From Saprospiraceae bacterium (GTDB taxonomy: Bacteria > Bacteroidota > Bacteroidia > Chitinophagales > Saprospiraceae): 64,000 bases of DNA. The position numbers and the translations under genes were made by a program. Where the stretch lies: assembly GCA_026129545.1 (NCBI GenBank), contig JAHCHX010000005.1:49502-113501 (forward strand), read 5' to 3'. The notes under the pieces are model-generated. The model was not told the origin of the DNA, did no database searches, and saw only the letters and a list, made by a program, of their open reading frames with translations. Positions 45,850 through 54,007 of the stretch are shown here, in pieces (positions within the stretch are counted from its first letter, which is position 1; each line of letters opens with the position of its first letter).

Positions 45850-45862
45850 AAGCCAATTTTCT

Positions 45863-47245
45863 TCAAAAATGATAGTCGAGCACCAAGTTGAAAAGGGTCA
45901 TGTCCACCTTGTTGAAAATCAAGCCCGGCTTTTCATAAGTGTTTCCCGTGCCGATTTTATGCACCACAAGCAATGTGCCTTCCAGCCCTTCCAGCATTTT
46001 GTGAAAATGATGCCGTATAGAGACATTCAGCTGAATGTAGGAAGGCATGGCGTATTTGTTCAAGCGAGCATTGAGCGCATCGGGCAAATCGTAGTAGCCT
46101 GCGCCCAAGGCATATTGCCAACCGTGACGCGTCGTCTCCGCATTCATGCTGAAGGCGTGCACATCGCCGAAACCCTCGTTGCGCTCGCGCGGCAGGAAGG
46201 TGTAGTGCGGGTCGCGGCCCCACTCGCGCGGCATCAAGTAGCGCCCCGACGGGGTGATGCGGGTGTAGTTGAGATTGAAGTGCCGATACTGCTCGCGCAG
46301 CCCCAGCCGCAGGCCAAACACTTCGGCATGGCCGCCCTTTTCAAAATAGGTCTTGGCGGGGTCTGGGTTGCCGCCGTCTCGCAAGGCATCTTGCCGGATA
46401 CCCTGCGCCTTCGCATAGAGCGTTGCCCCATTTGCCAGTTTGTGTTCGGCGCTCAGTTCCAGCCAAGCGGTGTTGAATATATTTTCCGTGAAATGATTCC
46501 ATGCTTGCAAACGCACGCCCTCGCTCAGTTGGGCCTCCATCGCTGCGATAAACACGCCCTTGCTTTCGAGATGGCCTCGATAGTCGGAACGCGAGCCGTC
46601 AGGATTGAAGCCGGATGGATAGACCCCAATAGACTCGCCTGTTTTGAACCATCGGACGGTGGAGCGCGGGGAAAATCCACTTAGCCACGCAGCATGCGCA
46701 CGCCATTTTTCCTTCGGACCCGCCTCCACCCATATCCCTTGCGCCAACGTGGGGCGCATGCGCCCATCCTGAGGGTTGATGAAGGGGGTTTTGGGCACAA
46801 AGCGACCCACTGTGACACTGGCCAAGCTGCCTTTTTTCCAGCGCAAAAACAGCTCTTCCGTGCGGTCAAGGTCGGTGGTGTTGTGCGGGTTTTCAATGTC
46901 AAAAAGCCCAATTTCGTAGCGATTTGGCATCCCGGTGAGGCTATCGCGCAAGGCAAGGTCGGACGAAGCGAGGTTGAAAATCATGAAGCCCGATATGCCA
47001 GCCTCAAACCCCGCGATGGCAGGGGTGACGTAGCCCAACCCCACCCCTGCCGCCACGCCATAGTAGTCGGTCAGGCCGCCACTGTTGTCGGTAGCCATGC
47101 CAAACAGGCGAGCGTGTCCCGTAAACTTGCCACATCGCAGCAGGTTTTGCAAGCAGGCAGCAGAGTCGTCGGGAGGGTGAGGTGTTTGCGCCTTTAAGTC
47201 AAAAAAGGCGCTCAAAATGAGGAGGAGCAAAGCGAGCCTTTTCAT
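45863..47245 (-). CDS. Putative outer-membrane beta-barrel porin
   Basis: 460 aa from ATG 47245, signal peptide MKRLALLLLILSAFFDLKAQ, beta-strand-rich, ends ...LVLDYHF. Confidence 0.6.
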   Translation of the reverse strand: MKRLALLLLILSAFFDLKAQTPHPPDDSAACLQNLLRCGKFTGHARLFGMATDNSGGLTDYYGVAAGVGLGYVTPAIAGFEAGISGFMIFNLASSDLALRDSLTGMPNRYEIGLFDIENPHNTTDLDRTEELFLRWKKGSLASVTVGRFVPKTPFINPQDGRMRPTLAQGIWVEAGPKEKWRAHAAWLSGFSPRSTVRWFKTGESIGVYPSGFNPDGSRSDYRGHLESKGVFIAAMEAQLSEGVRLQAWNHFTENIFNTAWLELSAEHKLANGATLYAKAQGIRQDALRDGGNPDPAKTYFEKGGHAEVFGLRLGLREQYRHFNLNYTRITPSGRYLMPREWGRDPHYTFLPRERNEGFGDVHAFSMNAETTRHGWQYALGAGYYDLPDALNARLNKYAMPSYIQLNVSIRHHFHKMLEGLEGTLLVVHKIGTGNTYEKPGLIFNKVDMTLFNLVLDYHF

Positions 47246-47326
47246 GATGCTTCTTCGGTCGTGTGCATGGGGGTGGTCTATCGCAAGGCACCATAGACTG
47301 CCCCCATTGGCCAAAGGCTGGACGGT

Positions 47327-47641
47327 TTACGCAAGTTGCGTTTTGAGGCTATCCCAAGCGCCGCCATTGTACACCTCTACCCCGTTTTTACTCAGGATGT
47401 CGGCAGCAACCCCGCTGCGGTTGCCACTGCGACAGACGGTGATGATGGGGGCGTTTTTTGATTTCAATACGCTGACCTTAGCACCGATTTGGTCGAGTGG
47501 AATGTTGAGAGAGCCTTTGATGTGGCCGCTGTTGTACTCGGCAGGGGTGCGCACGTCCACGATGACGGCACCTTTTTGCATCAAGGCACGCACGTCGAAA
47601 GAGGCCTCGGCTGTGCCGAAGAGTTTGCTGAAAAATCCCAT
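47327..47641 (-). CDS. Rhodanese-domain sulfurtransferase
   Basis: 104 aa from ATG 47641, with VIVDVRTPAEYNSGHIKGSLNIPL and the active-site loop CRSGNRS. The track ORF extends to 47890 through the tandem repeat. Confidence 0.85.
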   Translation of the reverse strand: MGFFSKLFGTAEASFDVRALMQKGAVIVDVRTPAEYNSGHIKGSLNIPLDQIGAKVSVLKSKNAPIITVCRSGNRSGVAADILSKNGVEVYNGGAWDSLKTQLA

Positions 47642-47670
47642 TGTTTGAAAAGGGGGAAGTTGAGTGAAAG

Positions 47671-47860
47671 TTGATGAAGGTTGATGAGGGTTGATGAGGG
47701 TTGATAAGGGTTGATGAAGGTTGATGAGGGTTGATGAGGGTTGATGAGGGTTGATGAGGGTTGATAAGGGTTGATGAGGGTTGATAAGGGTTGATGAGGG
47801 TTGATGAGGGTTGATGAGGGTTGATGAAGGTTGATGAAGGTTGATGAAGGTTGATGAAGG
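47671..47860. repeat. Tandem array, 19 x 10 bp (TTGATGARGG)
   Basis: Counted directly: TTGATGAGGG x10, TTGATGAAGG x6, TTGATAAGGG x3, head to tail. Two inverted units at 47881-47900 form a 20-bp stem with 47841-47860. Confidence 0.97.
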
Positions 47861-47912
47861 TTGAAAATCAACTTGATATACCTTCATCAACCCTCATCAA
47901 CATTTTTTAAAA

Positions 47913-49331
47913 TCAGAGCATCGTGGTGGGGCATACATAGTCGCTCACCGGAACGTTGCCCGCCTCTTTGAGGGCTTTGAAACCGCCGCGCACGTCAATG
48001 AGATTGTCGTAGCCGCGTGCCCGAAGTATCGAGGCAAAAATCATGGAGCGGTATCCGCCCGCGCAATGCACGAAGTAGGTTTTCTTTTTGTCCACCTGTG
48101 CCATGCTGTCGTTGACGAAATCGAGCGGGGCGTTTTCGGCATCCATGACGTGTTCGCTGAAATACTCGCTGGCTTTGCGCACGTCCAGAATGTTTAGTTT
48201 TTCGCCGCGTTGGAGGCGTTCCCCAACTTCTTTGGCATCCACCCGCTCGATGGCATCGGTTTCCATGCCTGCTTTTTTCCAAGCATCGAACCCTCCGTCC
48301 AGATAGCCAATTACATAATCGTAGCCGACGCGAGCCAAGCGGGTGACGACTTCTTTTTCGCGGCCCGGCTCTGCGACGAGCAGGATTTCTTGGCGAATAT
48401 CGGGGATGAGCGCACCTACCCACGGAGCAAAATTGCCGTCAATGCCGATGTTAATCGAGTTGGGCACAAATCCTTTGGAGAAGGTTTCGGCATCGCGGGT
48501 ATCGAGCACGATGGCACCTGTCTCGTTGGCCGCGGTCTCGAAGGCACGCGGGCTGAGCGCATGAGAGCCGCGCTTGAGCACCTCGTCAATGCTGTCGTAG
48601 CCTTTTTTGTTGAGCATCACGTTGAGCGGGAAGTAGGCAGGCGGGGGCATGAGGCCCGTGGTCACCTCTTTCACGAATTCGGCTTCCGTCATGTCAGCGC
48701 GCAGGGCGTAGTTGGTGGCTTTCTGATGACCGAGGGTATCGAAAGTCTCCTTGCTCATGTTTTTGCCACATGCAGAGCCGGCACCGTGCGCAGGATAGAC
48801 AATGACATCGTCGGGCAAGGTCATCACTTTTTCGCGCAGGGAGCGGAAGAGCGTGGCCGCGAGCTGCTCCTGCGTCATGTCGGCGGCTTTCTGCGCCAGG
48901 TCGGGGCGGCCCACATCGCCGATGAACAGGGTGTCGCCAGAGAAAAGGGCTTTTTCCTTGCCATTTTCGTCGAAGAGCAGGTAGCAGGTGCTCTCCATGG
49001 TGTGGCCGGGCGTGTGGAGCACTTTTATTTTCAGTTTGCCCAATTGAAAAATCTCGCCGTCGTGGGCGACGTGTGCATTGAAGTCGGGGTTTGCGGTGGG
49101 GCCATACACGATGGGCGCGCCTGTTTTTTGCGAAAGGTCCAAGTGACCGCTCACGAAATCGGCATGGAAGTGGGTCTCAAAAACGTACTTGATTTTCGCG
49201 CCGCTCTTGGCTGCGCGGTCAAGATAGGGTTGCACTTCGCGCAGGGGGTCGATCACGGCTGCTTCACCATTGCTTTCAATGTAGTAGGCTCCTTGTGCGA
49301 GGCAGCCAGTATAGATTTGTTCGAGAATCAT
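47913..49331 (-). CDS. MBL-fold persulfide dioxygenase fused to two rhodanese domains (CstB-like)
   Basis: 472 aa. Metallo-beta-lactamase motif ETHFHADFVSGH and HTPGHT, then two rhodanese-like domains; the last has the Cys loop HCAGGYRS. Confidence 0.85.
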   Translation of the reverse strand: MILEQIYTGCLAQGAYYIESNGEAAVIDPLREVQPYLDRAAKSGAKIKYVFETHFHADFVSGHLDLSQKTGAPIVYGPTANPDFNAHVAHDGEIFQLGKLKIKVLHTPGHTMESTCYLLFDENGKEKALFSGDTLFIGDVGRPDLAQKAADMTQEQLAATLFRSLREKVMTLPDDVIVYPAHGAGSACGKNMSKETFDTLGHQKATNYALRADMTEAEFVKEVTTGLMPPPAYFPLNVMLNKKGYDSIDEVLKRGSHALSPRAFETAANETGAIVLDTRDAETFSKGFVPNSINIGIDGNFAPWVGALIPDIRQEILLVAEPGREKEVVTRLARVGYDYVIGYLDGGFDAWKKAGMETDAIERVDAKEVGERLQRGEKLNILDVRKASEYFSEHVMDAENAPLDFVNDSMAQVDKKKTYFVHCAGGYRSMIFASILRARGYDNLIDVRGGFKALKEAGNVPVSDYVCPTTML

Positions 49332-49400
49332 GAGCGAATGATTTTATTTAGATAATTGCGAATGATGCCACAAAGGTAAATCCTGCAAGGGAGCGACTTC

Positions 49401-49416
49401 GGTGACAGGTGTTACA
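49401..49416. promoter_or_regulatory. Weaker candidate Crp/Fnr-type site
   Basis: GGTGACAGGTGTTACA has one mismatch per half-site against TGTGAC-N4-GTCACA. It lies 70-85 nt upstream of the MBL-rhodanese ATG. Confidence 0.3.
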
Positions 49417-49454
49417 ATGGGGGATGATTTTGAAAAAACGCGCGTCTGCGGGGC

Positions 49455-49934
49455 CTATTTTTTGCTGAGGAAGGCCGAGTACATCCACACCATTTTTTCC
49501 TGTGCGCGAATGTAATCGCTCATCAAGGCATTGGTGCCTTCGTCGCCGGCATCTGCGGAGAGCTGGAGCAACTCGCGCTGCAAGGTGATGATGACCTGAA
49601 ATGAGTTGATGATATCCTCCACGGCTTTGGTGCCGTCCGACACTTGGCTGCTCTCCTTGATGAGCGAGATGCTTTTGTAGTCGGAATAGCGGTGATTGGG
49701 CGAGTGGCCCAGTGTCAGGATGCGTTCTGCCACTTCGTCAATCTTGAGCAACAAATCATTGTAAAGCTCTTCAAACTTCAAGTGCAGCTCAAAAAACTTC
49801 TCGCCCCGGATGTTCCAGTGATAGCCTCTCGTGTTTTGGTAGAAAATGGAATAGTTGGCCAGCAGCACGCTTAGTTTTTCTGCCAGATTTGCGGATTTCG
49901 CCACATCGAGGCCGATGGCATTCAACTTCTTCAT
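49455..49934 (-). CDS. dps: Dps-family DNA protection/ferritin-like protein
   Basis: 159 aa from ATG 49934, with LLANYSIFYQNTRGYHWNIRGEKFFELHLKFEELY. Confidence 0.9.
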   Translation of the reverse strand: MKKLNAIGLDVAKSANLAEKLSVLLANYSIFYQNTRGYHWNIRGEKFFELHLKFEELYNDLLLKIDEVAERILTLGHSPNHRYSDYKSISLIKESSQVSDGTKAVEDIINSFQVIITLQRELLQLSADAGDEGTNALMSDYIRAQEKMVWMYSAFLSKK

Positions 49935-50012
49935 AGATTTTTCCTTTGTTTGGTGCAAAAATAGCTTTTTATCAAGCAACACGCCCAGAAAGGATTGGTT
50001 TGGTTTTTTTGT

Positions 50013-50816
50013 TCAGGGAATAAAAATCTCTTTCACGATGATGTATATGCCCATCATCAACACAAACCAGCCGAAACCTATTTTGAGTTTTTTGGCAGAG
50101 ACGCGCTTGCTCATGGCGTTGCCTACAAAAATGCCTGCGATGGCCAAGCCCGTCACCGTGAGCAGCAACATCCAGTCCATCGAGTAATGCCCCAAGTCGC
50201 CCGTGAAGCCCAACAGCGACTTCATCCCGATGATGAGCAACGAGGTGCCGACCGCCTCTTTCATCGGTAGTTTGGCCAGCAATACCAGTGCCGGGATGAT
50301 GAGAAAACCACCTCCCGCACCGACCAAGCCTGTGAGCATACCCACCACCACGCCTTCGAGCAGGATGAGGGGATAATTGAAATGAAGTCCGTTGGTGCTG
50401 TCTGGTTCGTCCGTCTCGCCGTTTTTGCTGTGAATCATCGAAATAGAAGCGGCTACCATAAGCACCGCAAACAACAGCATCAGCAGAATAGACTTCGTCA
50501 CTACGAAACCACCTACTGTGAAGACCTCTTGCGGAATGAGCGGCACCAACCAAGCCCGCGTGGCATAAACGGCAGCGATGGAGGGGATGCCAAAAATAAT
50601 GGCGGTTTTTACGTTCACCACGCCATTGCGCCATTTGGGCACAGCTCCTACCAATGCAGTGGAGCCAACAATGAACAGCGAATAGGCGGTGGCCACCACT
50701 GGCTCCACCCCCATCAGATATACCAATACAGGGACGGTAAGGATAGACCCCCCGCCACCAATCAGCCCCAGCGAAACTCCAATAATCGCAGAAGCGACAT
50801 AACCCAGCAATTCCAT
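50013..50816 (-). CDS. TauE/SafE-family sulfite exporter
   Basis: 267 aa, polytopic, with GGGGSILTVPVLVYL and GAGGGFLIIPALV repeats. Confidence 0.85.
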   Translation of the reverse strand: MELLGYVASAIIGVSLGLIGGGGSILTVPVLVYLMGVEPVVATAYSLFIVGSTALVGAVPKWRNGVVNVKTAIIFGIPSIAAVYATRAWLVPLIPQEVFTVGGFVVTKSILLMLLFAVLMVAASISMIHSKNGETDEPDSTNGLHFNYPLILLEGVVVGMLTGLVGAGGGFLIIPALVLLAKLPMKEAVGTSLLIIGMKSLLGFTGDLGHYSMDWMLLLTVTGLAIAGIFVGNAMSKRVSAKKLKIGFGWFVLMMGIYIIVKEIFIP

Positions 50817-50849
50817 GTTAATTTATTTGGGAAGAAAAAAAGGTTAGCA

Positions 50850-51068
50850 TTATTGGCGCTCGCTTGCCGGACAGGTATTCAGACCTGCTATCGCGTAAAT
50901 AGGGCAAAAGCCTACCAGACTGGTCAGCACGAAGATGCCGCCGAGCGCCAGTAGCACATAGCCCACCATGCCGCCGACAACATTGGTGAAAAACAGCACA
51001 GCGAATAGTGCTGCCGCTATGAGACGGATGGTTTTGTCGAGCGAACCCATGTTCTTTTTCATGGCCAA
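50850..51068 (-). CDS. DUF2892 (YgaP-like) small membrane protein
   Basis: 72 aa. GSLDKTIRLIAAALF...LTSLVGFCPIYAIAGLNTC is typical of DUF2892. Confidence 0.75.
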   Translation of the reverse strand: MAMKKNMGSLDKTIRLIAAALFAVLFFTNVVGGMVGYVLLALGGIFVLTSLVGFCPIYAIAGLNTCPASERQ

Positions 51069-51253
51069 TAAAGTTTGTCAGTGTGAAAAAAAATGCGCCA
51101 ACAAACCGACAAGGCTCGCCAACAGCAGGCATAAGAAGCAAACGAAAAGGAATTTGACCCACTTGGGTGCCGTGCGCTGCATTTAGCGGTTGACGGTTTG
51201 TTTTTGATACGGCAAAGTTGCGTCGCAGAGGCAGGCCATCTTTGTAACACTTG

Positions 51254-51850
51254 CTACACAAGCTCTATTTTCCCCCTAAAAAGTCGCACAGCCCCTGCCC
51301 GCTCCAATTTTTTCAGCACTCTTGATATGGCTTCGCGCGGGCTGCCGATTTCGTCGGCGATTTCTTGGTGGGTCACGGTGAGCAGGCGAGTCTCGAACAG
51401 CTTGGCCCTTTCCTCCAGCAAGTCCATGATGCGGTCGTCCAATTTTTTGAAATTGACCTTCGTGACGGCCTCCAACAACTCTTCATAGCGGGTTTGATAG
51501 AGTTTGAAAATGTATTCGGCCCAGGCGGGCGATTCGCGGATGAGGGCGGCGGCGCGTTCGGGGCGAATGAAGATGATTTCCGTCTCGTCCACCGTCACGG
51601 CGCGGACCTTGGAGGCGCTGCTGTTCAACGCGCCGAGGATGGACATGACGCAGCTCTCGCCGGGTTTGAGATAGTAAAGCAGGATTTCGTTGCCGTCGTC
51701 GTCTTCGCCCACTACTTTCACATGGCCGCGCAGCACGACGGGTATGTTGCGAATATATTTGTGAAAATCGAGCAACACTTGGCCGGGCGGCAGGACTTTG
51801 ACTTCGTTTTCGGCGGCGAGGCGGCGCAACAAGGATGGGTCGGCAAGCAT
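51254..51850 (-). CDS. Crp/Fnr-family transcriptional regulator
   Basis: 198 aa from ATG 51850. A cNMP-binding-like beta-roll, then the C-terminal HTH THQEIADEIGSPREAISRVLKKLE. Confidence 0.85.
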   Translation of the reverse strand: MLADPSLLRRLAAENEVKVLPPGQVLLDFHKYIRNIPVVLRGHVKVVGEDDDGNEILLYYLKPGESCVMSILGALNSSASKVRAVTVDETEIIFIRPERAAALIRESPAWAEYIFKLYQTRYEELLEAVTKVNFKKLDDRIMDLLEERAKLFETRLLTVTHQEIADEIGSPREAISRVLKKLERAGAVRLFRGKIELV

Positions 51851-51899
51851 ATTCGAGTAGAATGACGGAGAGTATATAGATGGTTTGGCTCGAACAAAA

Positions 51900-52346
51900 T
51901 TAGAAACCCGCCTTGATATATGACCAACCATCTTCCTGCCGCTCCACGATGGCCGCGATGCCTACCGGCACAAAATCTGCCTCTGCCACGATTTGCGACT
52001 TTTCCAAGTTCTGCTGTTTCAAGGTATTCTCGCAAGCGATGAATTGGATGCCCTTGTTTTTCAGGGCGGTGATTTCGGGCTGCACGTTGGTCTTTTCTTT
52101 GAGCAGCATCCCGATGCCTTTGTTGTGTGCCACTACTTCGAGCTGAGCGCCCGGCCAATGGGCGAGCACGTTGTTCAACTGCCGCGTGAGGGCGCGGTAG
52201 GCAGCCGTGTCGGGCGTGGTGAGCTGGAACACGATGCGATGCTGCCGCTTTTCCGGCACGGTTGTGTTTTTTGGGGAAAAGGATAAGAAGTGAAACAGCG
52301 CAACGACGGCGCTGGCAGCGAGCAGGTATTTTGTCAAGTTGTTCAT
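51900..52346 (-). CDS. DsrE/DsrF-like family protein with N-terminal signal/anchor
   Basis: 148 aa from ATG 52346. HRIVFQLTTPD...LEVVAHNKGI...IQFIACENTL...GIAAIVERQEDGWSYIKAGF matches the DsrE-like fold as recalled. Confidence 0.7.
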   Translation of the reverse strand: MNNLTKYLLAASAVVALFHFLSFSPKNTTVPEKRQHRIVFQLTTPDTAAYRALTRQLNNVLAHWPGAQLEVVAHNKGIGMLLKEKTNVQPEITALKNKGIQFIACENTLKQQNLEKSQIVAEADFVPVGIAAIVERQEDGWSYIKAGF

Positions 52347-52384
52347 GGTTTGAAAAAAGTTGAAGTACATAGCACGAGAAGCGG

Positions 52385-53482
52385 CTATTTTGCTTGCTTC
52401 AACGCCGCAATTTTATCCTTAATTGGCTGAAACGGCCCAAACTTATGCTGTTTTTCCGAAAAACCGTCGGCGAAGGGGCCGAAGGGGTGGTCAACGGGTT
52501 TGCCGAGCAAATTCGGCCAGTCGGCGGAAATATCCATGCCGGGGCGCGGCTGCGAATTGACGAAGGCCGCCACGTCCCAACATTCTTCGTCGCTGAGTTG
52601 CGGGTTTTGATATGTGACCCCGAAGGGCATATTGTGTTTCACGTAGCCCGCGAAGCGCGACAGTCGGTACAGCCCCGCGCCGATGTTGTAGCTGTGCGCT
52701 CCCCACAGCGGCGGGTAGGCGTAGGTTTTGCCGTCGGGGGAGAGCAGTCCCTGCCCGTCGGGAGCGTGGCAACTGGCACATTTGGCGGCGTAAATTTCCT
52801 TGCCTTTGGCGGGGTCGGCGGCGCGCGTGAGGAATGGCAAGGCGACGATGCCAGTGCCGTTCGGCACCTCATTCTTTGGGACATCGCGGCCCAACCAGTT
52901 GATATACTGCATCATCGCTTGCATTTCGCGGCTGTCGGGCGGCAGGGTTTTCCCATTCAAGCTGCGCTCCATGCAGTCGCTCACCCGTTTGTAGAGGTCT
53001 TCCTCCGTACCGCTGCGCTCGCGGAATTTGGGGTAAGTGGAGGCCACCGCGCCGTAGTTGTTGCCCCAGGGGCGTGTGCCCGCGTCGAGGTGGCAATTCT
53101 GACAGTTCATGCCATTGGTGATATGCGCCACACTGCCTTTTGGCCCGAGGTAGGCGGCGGTGTTGGCGATGAGGTCGCGGCCATAGCGGATGAGGTCGCC
53201 TGTGTCGTTGGCAGGGGCGTAGTCGGCGTTTTTGCCTTGCCAGAGGGTGAGTTTTCGGGCGACGGCGAGGGTCATGCTGTCGGGCGTTTCGTGATTTTCA
53301 ACGGAATACGGCGAGGGAGCGCCTTTGCTTTTGAACCAGTTTTCTGGCTCCCACTTGGGCCAACTGTCGGTCAGGCTGACGACGATGCCCAGAAACATGA
53401 CGAGCGCCATGAGCACGTTCAGCGTCACTGAGAGGTTGAGGCTGCGGCGGAGTTGTTCGATGGTGTGTTGTTCGTGGTTCAT
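52385..53482 (-). CDS. Dihaem c-type cytochrome, TsdA/SoxA-like
   Basis: 365 aa from ATG 53482 with an N-terminal TM anchor. Two CxxCH sites (CQNCH, CASCH) and a Cys-containing segment RVSDCMERSLNG, as recalled for thiosulfate dehydrogenase TsdA. Confidence 0.6.
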   Translation of the reverse strand: MNHEQHTIEQLRRSLNLSVTLNVLMALVMFLGIVVSLTDSWPKWEPENWFKSKGAPSPYSVENHETPDSMTLAVARKLTLWQGKNADYAPANDTGDLIRYGRDLIANTAAYLGPKGSVAHITNGMNCQNCHLDAGTRPWGNNYGAVASTYPKFRERSGTEEDLYKRVSDCMERSLNGKTLPPDSREMQAMMQYINWLGRDVPKNEVPNGTGIVALPFLTRAADPAKGKEIYAAKCASCHAPDGQGLLSPDGKTYAYPPLWGAHSYNIGAGLYRLSRFAGYVKHNMPFGVTYQNPQLSDEECWDVAAFVNSQPRPGMDISADWPNLLGKPVDHPFGPFADGFSEKQHKFGPFQPIKDKIAALKQAK

Positions 53483-53694
53483 CTTCTTACAATTTTTATG
53501 ACAAGCAGCCGAATCAGGAGCAACCACGGCAACCCGTGAAAAGCCAAATCGAGCCAGTCCATTGGCTTCATGCCGATAGCGCCACCGGCTACCCAACGGA
53601 GCTTGCCCCAGATGTGCGGCTCAGGCACGAAAGGCGCCAAGCCAAGCGTGAGACAGGCGATGAGTATGAGTTTCCAGTCGTTGAGCGCCTTCAT
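53479..53694 (-). CDS. Small membrane protein (71 aa), hypothetical
   Basis: Two TM helices. The stop overlaps the cytochrome start (ATGA at 53479-53482). The start is 1 nt after the trxA stop. Confidence 0.55.
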   Translation of the reverse strand: MKALNDWKLILIACLTLGLAPFVPEPHIWGKLRWVAGGAIGMKPMDWLDLAFHGLPWLLLIRLLVIKIVRR

Positions 53695-53695
53695 G

Positions 53696-53998
53696 TCACT
53701 GTTGGATAGAAGCAATCGCATTTTTCAAGGTCGCTTTGCTTTGCACACCCGCCTGCCGCCATTGCAATTTTCCATTTTTGAAAATCATGAGTGTCGGCAC
53801 GCTTCGCACATTGTATTGAGCCGCCAACCCGGGATTTTGGTCCACGTCAATTTTATACACGCGCACCTGCTCGCCCATGTCGGCCTTTAGGTCTTCCAAA
53901 ATAGGCGTCACCATGCGGCAAGGGCCGCACCAAGTGGCGAAGAAGTCAATGACTGTGGGTGTTTCAGATGAAATGAGGTCTTGAAATGAAGTTTTCAT
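53696..53998 (-). CDS. trxA: Thioredoxin
   Basis: 100 aa with WCGPC in FFATWCGPCRM, a thioredoxin fold. Confidence 0.93.
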   Translation of the reverse strand: MKTSFQDLISSETPTVIDFFATWCGPCRMVTPILEDLKADMGEQVRVYKIDVDQNPGLAAQYNVRSVPTLMIFKNGKLQWRQAGVQSKATLKNAIASIQQ

Positions 53999-54007
53999 GC
54001 TTCGAAT

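Noticed and set aside
47671-47860. Possible CRISPR arrays at 47671-47860 and 62443-62820.
   Set aside because: The units are contiguous 10-bp and 21-bp tandem repeats with no unique spacers, and no cas genes are present in the window.
47642-47890. N-terminal extension of the rhodanese through the 10-bp array (track ORF 47327-47890), considered as the default annotation.
   Set aside because: The internal ATG at 47641 gives a normal-length single-domain rhodanese. The extension is pure repeat-derived low complexity. It is kept only as a hypothesis in the findings.
51243-51258. TGTAACACTTGCTACA at the 3' end of the crp/fnr gene, considered as a fourth regulator site.
   Set aside because: It is only a TGTA-N8-TACA palindrome, it overlaps the stop codon, and it deviates too far from TGTGA-N6-TCACA to call.
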